A stretch of DNA of 32,000 nt, from the NCBI GenBank assembly GCA_963699255.1, contig OY969425.1:1470001-1502000 (forward strand), written 5' to 3'. Position numbers and translations under genes: made by a program. Within the stretch, counting starts at the first letter, position 1. Each line of letters begins with the position of its first letter. The DNA is from an uncultured bacterium. GTDB taxonomy: Bacteria; Margulisbacteria; WOR-1; CAVSGV01. The notes under the pieces are model-generated. The model did no database searches. It had not been told where the DNA came from and was given only the letters and a program-made list of their open reading frames with translations. Positions 16,728 through 23,002 of this stretch are shown here, piece after piece.

Positions 16728-17693
16728 TCATGCAGTCATGAAGTGTTCGATAAGCTCGCCGTCGGCATTTTCCGTCCACAGGTTCTTTTCCTTCCTGAGC
16801 TTGTTATTTGCAATAACGCTGTTCGCGGCGTCAAGGATCGTTTTCGTGGACCTGTAGTTCTGCTCAAGCAAGATGACCTTCGCGTCCTTGTAATCGCTCT
16901 CAAAATTAAGTATGTTCTTGAAATCGGCGCCGCGCCATCCGTATATCGACTGGTCGCTGTCGCCCACCACGCAGAGATTGCGGTGCTTTTTCGCGAGCAT
17001 TTTTGTCAGCGTGTACTGGACAAGGTTCGTATCCTGGTATTCGTCCACATTGATATATCTCAGCCTGTCCTGGTAGTATTCCAGCGTCGGGGAGGACTCC
17101 CTGAAGAGCTTGACCGTGAACATTAGCATGTCATCAAAATCCATTGCGTTGTTCTTGAACAGCTTTTCCTGATACATCCTGTAAGCCGCGGCGATCTTTT
17201 CCGCGGAAATATCAAGGGCCGTATCTTCGTAAGACTGCGGGGTCTTGAGCTCGTTCTTCGCCTTGCTTATTTTTTCAAGCACTGTACGCGGCTTGAACCT
17301 GTCATCCAGGTCAAGAGCCTTGATTATCTCCCTAATCAGCGATTCCTGGTCGTCCTCGTCGAATATAAGGAAGTCCTTCCTCCATCCGATCTTATCGATG
17401 TCGTGCCTAAGGATGCGGCCGCATATGGAATGGAACGTTCCTATCCAGAGCTGGCGGGACAGCACGCCCGTCAGGCGGTTCAGGCGGTGCTTCATCTCGT
17501 TCGCGGCCTTGTTGGTGAACGTTACGGCGAGGATGCTGGACGGAGCTACGTTGTGTTCCTTGATGAGATAGGCGATGCGGTGGGTCAGGACCCTGGTTTT
17601 TCCCGATCCCGCGCCTGCTATTATCAGGAGCGGACCGTCGATGTGCTTTACGGCTTCCTGCTGGCTTGCGTTCAGGCTCTTAAGTATGGACAT
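16728..17693 (-). CDS. pcrA: ATP-dependent DNA helicase PcrA/UvrD, N-terminal part
   Basis: MSILKSLNASQQEAV..., AGAGSGKT (Walker A), TFTNKAA, DEYQDTN and QNYRST are present. The start is taken at the ATG at 17693, because the track ORF start at 17741 runs into the upstream terminator hairpin. Confidence 0.85.
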   Translation of the reverse strand: MSILKSLNASQQEAVKHIDGPLLIIAGAGSGKTRVLTHRIAYLIKEHNVAPSSILAVTFTNKAANEMKHRLNRLTGVLSRQLWIGTFHSICGRILRHDIDKIGWRKDFLIFDEDDQESLIREIIKALDLDDRFKPRTVLEKISKAKNELKTPQSYEDTALDISAEKIAAAYRMYQEKLFKNNAMDFDDMLMFTVKLFRESSPTLEYYQDRLRYINVDEYQDTNLVQYTLTKMLAKKHRNLCVVGDSDQSIYGWRGADFKNILNFESDYKDAKVILLEQNYRSTKTILDAANSVIANNKLRKEKNLWTENADGELIEHFMTA

Positions 17694-17710
17694 TGAAGGT
17701 GAATTATACC

Positions 17711-17742
17711 AAAAAAAATGCCCCGACGAAAGCCGGGGCATT
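17711..17742 (-). terminator. rho-independent terminator downstream of the OMP gene pair (minus strand)
   Basis: 9-bp GC-rich stem (aatgccccg 17717-17725 / cggggcatt 17734-17742) with an 8-nt loop. An A8 run at 17711-17718 gives a U8 tail on the minus strand. Confidence 0.75.
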
Positions 17743-17767
17743 TCATTTAAATATGATCAGGTAAAGA

Positions 17768-18412
17768 TCACAGGCTCCACTGAGCGGCGAGCGATATGGT
17801 CTGGAACAGATTGGAGTCGATCCAGAACCTGTCCAGTTCAGCAAGAACAGCTAAATTCGTTTTAATGTCGTATTTTACGCCGACCCCGAAATTAGTGTCG
17901 GTCTCGGAAATCGACTTGGTTCCCTTAATCTTCCAGTTGTTCATCAGCGCGGCTGCAATTCCATATATTGTCAGCTGCGGCCTGATCATTTTACTTCCCG
18001 AAACGCCGACGGTATTCACTCCCCATGTAAGATGATTGGAGGAGACCGACGCAAGGTCGATAAACCCGGCGAGGTCGAGAGGGTCATTATCCGCCGTCTT
18101 TAAAAAGCTGTATTTTACCCCCACGCCTAATGAATTGGCCGCGTCAGAAATATCAAGATCACTGACCACGTATGAACCGTTCCAGAGTTCCGCGTACACA
18201 TCCAGGTCCTTTGTTAGGCCGTACGTTGCTTTAGCTCCCAAGCCGCCGAAAGAACCGCTGGTATTGTATGCCGTGAACCCTGTAGTCGAATATTGCGCTT
18301 GGACCTCCCATTTTTCCTGTCCCACGGTTGTGCCTGTTGTGAGCAAGCCGAACGCAAAACATGAACCGGAAACGGCGGCCAAGAGAAATATCGCTATTAG
18401 AGCTTTCTTCAT
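17768..18412 (-). CDS. putative small outer-membrane beta-barrel protein (paralog 1)
   Basis: 214-aa ORF with a signal peptide (MKKALIAIFLLAAVSGSCFA). Alternating amphipathic strands with G.G.KY motifs run to the C-terminus. It is a paralog of the upstream gene. Confidence 0.5.
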   Translation of the reverse strand: MKKALIAIFLLAAVSGSCFAFGLLTTGTTVGQEKWEVQAQYSTTGFTAYNTSGSFGGLGAKATYGLTKDLDVYAELWNGSYVVSDLDISDAANSLGVGVKYSFLKTADNDPLDLAGFIDLASVSSNHLTWGVNTVGVSGSKMIRPQLTIYGIAAALMNNWKIKGTKSISETDTNFGVGVKYDIKTNLAVLAELDRFWIDSNLFQTISLAAQWSL

Positions 18413-18449
18413 AGAATTTTCACCTCCGATATATTTTACTTTGGACTAT

Positions 18450-19067
18450 TTACATTTCATACTGGACGGCCATGGAGAACGTCTGGTATGAATCCGACGC
18501 CATAGTGTACAGCATCAGTTCCGCGAGCGCGCTCAGCTTTTTACTGAACTGATATTTCGCTCCGAATCCCCACATGCAATCGTTAGAGTTGGCTGATTTT
18601 GAACCGGTGAACTTGTTCGTGTTCTGCATGCCGTAAAGAGCGCCGTAGATCGTGAACTCATTCCTTAATGATCTGCTCGCGATCATGCCAATGCTGGTCG
18701 TGCCCTGGTTGATGTCTTTTCCTGAAATGGAATCATAACCGAGTATGGCAGCCAGATCCAACGGTGTGTTCCACAATGATTTTGGGATGGTGTACTTTCC
18801 CGCTATGCCGATCTCGGTTGCGCCTGTTCCGGAATAGGTCACCGATCCAACCTTGCCGACCATATCGATATCGTCGGTCACTCCATAAATGATTTTCGGA
18901 CCATATGCGGTGATGTTCTCATCAGACAGTTTTACAGGGGTTGAACTGTAATAGCCTTGAATGGCGAAATTATCCTTTCCCATGGAAGAAGGTACCAATA
19001 ATACCTCGGCGGAGCAGACGCTGAACAGCAAACCCGCGATCAAAACTGACAATAATGTTTTCTTCAT
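18450..19067 (-). CDS. putative small outer-membrane beta-barrel protein (paralog 2)
   Basis: 205-aa ORF with a signal peptide (MKKTLLSVLIAGLLFSVCSA) and a strong SD (aaggagga). It shares PLDLA, TIYG, G.G.KY and LAEL blocks with paralog 1. Confidence 0.5.
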   Translation of the reverse strand: MKKTLLSVLIAGLLFSVCSAEVLLVPSSMGKDNFAIQGYYSSTPVKLSDENITAYGPKIIYGVTDDIDMVGKVGSVTYSGTGATEIGIAGKYTIPKSLWNTPLDLAAILGYDSISGKDINQGTTSIGMIASRSLRNEFTIYGALYGMQNTNKFTGSKSANSNDCMWGFGAKYQFSKKLSALAELMLYTMASDSYQTFSMAVQYEM

Positions 19068-19160
19068 TTTTTATCCTCCTTGCGAGTTAATTCTACATAA
19101 ACCAATTTTTATGTCAACCCAAAACTACGAACAGCATAAATTCATGCTCAATTCAAAAGT

Positions 19161-19189
19161 TTGCAAGATACATTTTCTAATGATAATAT
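19161..19189 (+). promoter_or_regulatory. putative promoter TTGCAA-17 nt-TAATAT for mazG, ending 9 nt before the ATG
   Basis: Boxes and spacing read directly. No SD lies between the -10 box and the ATG at 19199. Confidence 0.45.
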
Positions 19190-19198
19190 TGCCTTTCT

Positions 19199-20092
19199 AT
19201 GTCAAAGCCCCGGAAAAAATTCGATGAACTTGTCAGGATCGTCCGCCGCCTCAGGGCCAGGAACGGATGTCCCTGGGACAGGGTGCAGACCCACGCTACG
19301 CTTAAACCGTACATGGTCGAAGAGGTCTATGAGGCCCTTGAGGCCATAGATCTCAAGGATCACAAAAAACTTGCCGAAGAACTCGGCGACATGCTTCTGC
19401 ATGTGGTCATGCAGGCGGAGATCGGGCGGGAGAAGAAAGAGTTCACGCTTGATGATGTCATCGATTCAATATCCGCAAAAATGATAAGGCGTCATCCCCA
19501 CGTTTTTTCAAATAAAAAGGTAAGATCGGTCGAAGAAGTCTGGCAGAAGTGGGAGGAGATCAAGGGGAAGGAAAAGGCGGGAAAAGGGGAAGAACATAAG
19601 GGAATATTGGAAAGCGTGCCTCAATCGCTGCCGGCGCTGTATCGGGCCGATAAGGTCCAGCGGAGGGCCGCAAGGGTGGGGTTTGACTGGAACAGCATCG
19701 CAGGAGCATGGAGAAAAGTTCACGAGGAAGAAAAAGAAGTGCAAACGCTCCTGCGAAAATCCAAAATCCAAAGCTCAAAATCCAAAATAAATCTCAAATC
19801 TAAAACTCCAAAAGCCAAACAAAAAGAGAGGATCAAAGAAGAATTAGGGGATTTACTATTTGCGATAGTCAATGTATCAAGAAAACTTGATATCGATGCC
19901 GAGGAAGCCCTTCAGGACGCAACTTCGAAATTCATGAGGCGGTTCAAAGGGATAGAGCTTCACGCCAGGAAGTCGGGGCGCCACATCAGCAAGCTGACCC
20001 TTCCGGAAATGGATAAGGTATGGGAACAGGTCAAAAAAGACGAGATGAGACCCGCCTGCGCCAAGGCTTCGGCGGGCAGGGATGGGAGATGA
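19199..20092 (+). CDS. mazG: nucleoside triphosphate pyrophosphohydrolase MazG (two-domain form)
   Basis: 297-aa ORF with GCPWD, EE.YE...A, EELGD.L and RRHPHVF in domain 1, and LPAL..A.K.Q...A.VGFDW, EELGDLLFAIVN and KF.RRF in domain 2. Confidence 0.9.
   Translation: MSKPRKKFDELVRIVRRLRARNGCPWDRVQTHATLKPYMVEEVYEALEAIDLKDHKKLAEELGDMLLHVVMQAEIGREKKEFTLDDVIDSISAKMIRRHPHVFSNKKVRSVEEVWQKWEEIKGKEKAGKGEEHKGILESVPQSLPALYRADKVQRRAARVGFDWNSIAGAWRKVHEEEKEVQTLLRKSKIQSSKSKINLKSKTPKAKQKERIKEELGDLLFAIVNVSRKLDIDAEEALQDATSKFMRRFKGIELHARKSGRHISKLTLPEMDKVWEQVKKDEMRPACAKASAGRDGR
19756..19825 (+). repeat. degenerate A-rich short-period repeat (aaaatcca / aaatctca type) in frame inside mazG
   Basis: It encodes RKSKIQSSKSKINLKSKTPKAKQKE, between the EE..E and EELGDLLF motifs of MazG domain 2. 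That interval looks clearly shorter in MazG proteins as I recall them. Confidence 0.7.
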
Positions 20093-20108
20093 AAGATGTG
20101 ACTTTTCT

Positions 20109-20140
20109 CGCATCTCACACTTCGCATCTCGCATCTCACG
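20109..20140. repeat. three GCATCTC(A) units in the mazG-ftsH intergenic region
   Basis: GCATCTC occurs at 20110, 20124 and 20131. Confidence 0.6.
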
Positions 20141-20173
20141 TTCTTTTCATACAATGTAAGCTCCAGTATTCTA

Positions 20174-20182
20174 TGTTATAAT
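20174..20182 (+). promoter_or_regulatory. extended -10 element TGtTATAAT upstream of ftsH
   Basis: Same 9-mer as at 10500-10508. It lies about 30 nt upstream of the ftsH ATG, with SD aaagga between them. Confidence 0.4.
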
Positions 20183-20211
20183 TACCCAAGTTATTAATAT
20201 TAATCGAAAGG

Positions 20212-20790
20212 ATGCCAATGAAAGACGCCTGGAAAAACCTGTTTTTTTACTTGCTGTTCCTGCTGATAATAGTGTCGCTTCTGGCGCCGTTCTTCGGAAA
20301 CCAGCCGAAAACACAGGAACTTTCCTTTACTGATTTTTTGAACCGCGTTGACCGCCGTGAGATATCTGAAGTGTCGGTCAATGGGGATGTTTTCACCGGA
20401 AAGCTTTCTACCGGCGCGCTTTTCAAGACACGGGCGCTCAATTATCCTGACCTGATCCCCACTTTACGGGGAAAAGGCGTTAACATCAAGGTTGAACAGC
20501 CTTCCGATTCAAGCTGGCTATGGAACCTTATAATACAGCTTGTGCTTCCGCTCCTTTTCTTTGCGGGACTCTGGTGGCTCCTTATGAGGCAGGCGGCAGG
20601 TTCCTCAAGCCAGGCGCTTTCATTCGGAAAGTCCCGCGCAAAGCCGACGCAGGCAAAGATAAAAATAACATTTGCGGATGTCGCGGGAGTGGATGAAGCA
20701 AAAGAAGAACTGAAAGAGATAGTCGAATTCCTAAAGACCCCCAGAAATTCCAGAAACTCGGGGCAAAGATCCCGAAGGGCCTTCTTTTAA
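20212..20790 (+). CDS. ftsH: ATP-dependent zinc metalloprotease FtsH, N-terminal part (gene interrupted by an apparent frameshift)
   Basis: Two TM helices flank a periplasmic domain, then [21 protein letters not shown]. The frame is lost at about 20733-20742. Confidence 0.9.
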   Translation: MPMKDAWKNLFFYLLFLLIIVSLLAPFFGNQPKTQELSFTDFLNRVDRREISEVSVNGDVFTGKLSTGALFKTRALNYPDLIPTLRGKGVNIKVEQPSDSSWLWNLIIQLVLPLLFFAGLWWLLMRQAAGSSSQALSFGKSRAKPTQAKIKITFADVAGVDEAKEELKEIVEFLKTPRNSRNSGQRSRRAFF

Positions 20791-22043
20791 TGGGTGCTCC
20801 GGGGACGGGAAAGACCCTTCTCGCAAGGGCGATCGCCGGGGAGGCGGGAGTGCCTTTCTTTTCGATATCCGGCTCCGATTTTGTTGAGATGTTCGTCGGC
20901 GTTGGGGCGTCCAGGGTGAGGGATCTGTTCACACAGGCAAAAAAGCAGACGCCCTGCATAATATTCATGGATGAGATAGACGCCGTCGGCCGCCACCGCG
21001 GAGCGGGACTCGGCGGGGGGCATGATGAAAGAGAACAGACGCTGAACCAGCTGCTGGTCGAGATGGACGGGTTCGATCCGAACACGAACATCATCGTGGT
21101 GGCGGCAACGAACAGGCCCGACATCCTTGATCCGGCGCTGCTCAGGCCGGGACGGTTCGACAGGCAGATAGTTCTGGACAAGCCCGACCTTAACGGAAGG
21201 CGCGAGATCTTGAAGATACACGCGAAAGGAAAACCTTTCGCAAAGGACATGGACCTGGATATTATCGCAAGAAGGACGCCGGGATTCACGGGGGCGGACC
21301 TTGAGAACGTGTTGAATGAAGCCGCTATCCTCGCCGCCAGGGCGGATAAAAAGCAGGTAACAATGAATGAGGCAAGCCAGGCTATCGACAGGGTCATCGC
21401 CGGTCCCGAAAAAAAGAGCAAAGTGATATCGGACAGGGAAAGAGAGATAGTCGCGTATCACGAAGTGGGACACGCGCTTCTCGCGAGACTTTTGCCGAAT
21501 GCCGATCCGGTGCATAAGATATCGATACTCCCCAGGGGCCTTGCCCTCGGCTATACCTTACAACTTCCCCTTGAGGATAAGTATCTGGTCACAAAAAGCC
21601 AGGCAATGGACCAGGTGACGGTGATGCTCGGAGGCCGCGTTTCCGAAGAGATGATATTCAACGAGCTGACCTCGGGTGCCCATAATGACCTTGAACACGC
21701 GACAGAAGTCGCAAAAAGAATGGTCTGCGAGTTCGGCATGAGCAGGCTGGGACCCAGGACTTTCGGCAAGAGGGACAGGCAGGTGTTCCTCGGACGGGAT
21801 ATCGGAGAGATGAAAGATTACGGCGGGGAAACAGCGAATGCGATCGATAAGGAAATAAGATACATTATAGATGTGTGCCAAACAAGAGCGAAGAAGATAC
21901 TCTCCGCTAACAGGAGCAGTCTTGTTGCGATCGCAAAGAAAATGAAAGAAGTTGAAAATCTCGAAGGCCAGGAACTGGAGAAAGTATTCAATGATCTGGG
22001 GCTTAAAGCCAAAAACGGCGGCACCGCCAAAAAAACAAAGTAA
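20790..22043 (+). CDS. ftsH: ATP-dependent zinc metalloprotease FtsH, AAA+ and protease domains
   Basis: Walker A GAPGTGKT, Walker [32 protein letters not shown] and zinc motif HEVGHAL are present. In this frame the sequence upstream of the ATG reads [20 protein letters not shown], the expected FtsH continuation. Confidence 0.92.
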   Translation: MGAPGTGKTLLARAIAGEAGVPFFSISGSDFVEMFVGVGASRVRDLFTQAKKQTPCIIFMDEIDAVGRHRGAGLGGGHDEREQTLNQLLVEMDGFDPNTNIIVVAATNRPDILDPALLRPGRFDRQIVLDKPDLNGRREILKIHAKGKPFAKDMDLDIIARRTPGFTGADLENVLNEAAILAARADKKQVTMNEASQAIDRVIAGPEKKSKVISDREREIVAYHEVGHALLARLLPNADPVHKISILPRGLALGYTLQLPLEDKYLVTKSQAMDQVTVMLGGRVSEEMIFNELTSGAHNDLEHATEVAKRMVCEFGMSRLGPRTFGKRDRQVFLGRDIGEMKDYGGETANAIDKEIRYIIDVCQTRAKKILSANRSSLVAIAKKMKEVENLEGQELEKVFNDLGLKAKNGGTAKKTK

Positions 22044-22821
22044 ACCTGAAGAAAAACCGCAGGCCGAAGAAAAGATAATAGAATGCGTTCCAAACTTCAG
22101 CGTCGGGCATGACAGCGCCGTCATCCACAAGATAGTTGATTCGATCAAAGCGTCTTGCGTTGACGTTATCGACCAATCATACGACGAAGACCATAACAGG
22201 CTTGTTGTCACATTTATCGGTACGCCCGAGAAGGTCCTTAAAGCCGCGTACAGCTCCATAGAAACAGCATCCGGCTTGATCGACATCAATAAACAAATAG
22301 GGGTGCATCCGTTCATCGGGGTCGTTGACGTTGTTCCGTTCATCCCCCTTAAAGTCGCAAAGATGAACGATTGCAAAGATATCGCGAAGGCTTTGGGCAG
22401 GCAGGTCGCCGACAGCTTAATGATACCTGTTTTCTTATACGGCGAATCAGCGAGGAACGATAGGTTCAGGCATTTATACAATATCAGGCACGGCGGGCTT
22501 GATCATTTGAGGTCAGCTATAGCAACAAAAGATTTCAGACCAGACTTTGGCGAACCGAAGAATCCACCCGACCGCCGGAGCAGTTGCGATAGGCGCAAGG
22601 TATTTTCTTATAGCGTTCAACGTCAACCTGGATACCGACGATCTTCAGGCGGCGAAAGACATCGCGAAAAGGATAAGAGAAAAGGACGGAGGGCTTCCGG
22701 GAATAAGGGCTCTCGGGGTGCCGCTCAAATCAAAAGGCAAGGTCCAGGTCACCATAAACGTGACACATTACAAGAAGACTTCCCTGAAGGCTCTTATGGA
22801 CAGGGTAAAAAAAGAATGTAA
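21991..22821 (+). CDS. glutamate formiminotransferase-like protein, N-terminal part (homologous only to about 22560; apparent frameshift)
   Basis: [44 protein letters not shown] and RPDFGEP match formiminotransferase N-subdomain motifs. The only candidate start upstream of the homology in this frame that is not deep inside ftsH is the ATG at 21991, which overlaps the ftsH 3' end. Confidence 0.65.
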   Translation: MIWGLKPKTAAPPKKQSKPEEKPQAEEKIIECVPNFSVGHDSAVIHKIVDSIKASCVDVIDQSYDEDHNRLVVTFIGTPEKVLKAAYSSIETASGLIDINKQIGVHPFIGVVDVVPFIPLKVAKMNDCKDIAKALGRQVADSLMIPVFLYGESARNDRFRHLYNIRHGGLDHLRSAIATKDFRPDFGEPKNPPDRRSSCDRRKVFSYSVQRQPGYRRSSGGERHREKDKRKGRRASGNKGSRGAAQIKRQGPGHHKRDTLQEDFPEGSYGQGKKRM

Positions 22822-22954
22822 CGCAAAGAACGTTCCGATACTTAACACCGAAATTGTGGGGCTTGTTCCAAGGGACGCGACTTTTCCGGGCATGAAGGAA
22901 AACCTTATGCTGGATGACTTTGATGAAGGGAAGATACTGGAAACATACCTGTAA
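22547..22954 (+). CDS. glutamate formiminotransferase-like protein, C-terminal part
   Basis: [23 protein letters not shown]...[20 protein letters not shown] continues the formiminotransferase fold in a different frame. Confidence 0.65.
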   Translation: MANRRIHPTAGAVAIGARYFLIAFNVNLDTDDLQAAKDIAKRIREKDGGLPGIRALGVPLKSKGKVQVTINVTHYKKTSLKALMDRVKKECNAKNVPILNTEIVGLVPRDATFPGMKENLMLDDFDEGKILETYL

Positions 22955-22992
22955 AATGACCAATGAACAATGACACAATTAACAATTAAGGA
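22955..22992 (+). repeat. ACAAT/CCAAT short-period repeat leader upstream of valS, ending in the AAGGA ribosome-binding site
   Basis: acaatgacacaattaacaattaagga (22967-22992) differs from 831-856 (upstream of fmt) at one position. Confidence 0.6.
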
Positions 22993-23002
22993 ATAATATT
23001 AG

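Noticed and set aside
16728-16738. In-frame TGA at the pcrA break, as possible stop-codon reassignment (UGA = Gly or Trp codes)
   Set aside because: Reading through the TGA in the N-terminal frame gives non-homologous sequence (FPRRGALHHGRD...). Homology resumes only in a different frame. TGA also serves as the stop of well-delimited genes here, for example mazG and slt.
17694-17741. 16-codon N-terminal extension of pcrA (MPRLSSGHFFWYNSPS)
   Set aside because: It runs through the terminator hairpin of the upstream OMP operon. PcrA homology starts at MSILKSLN (17693).
20582-21515. Two long minus-strand ORFs (279 aa and 242 aa) antisense to ftsH
   Set aside because: Both overlap the strongly conserved AAA+ domain of ftsH. 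Their Ser/Pro/Arg-rich products have no motifs, start signals or SD.
21558-22481. 307-aa minus-strand ORF spanning the ftsH 3' end and the formiminotransferase-like gene
   Set aside because: It is antisense to two genes with clear homology, and no conserved motifs are visible. It was judged a shadow ORF.
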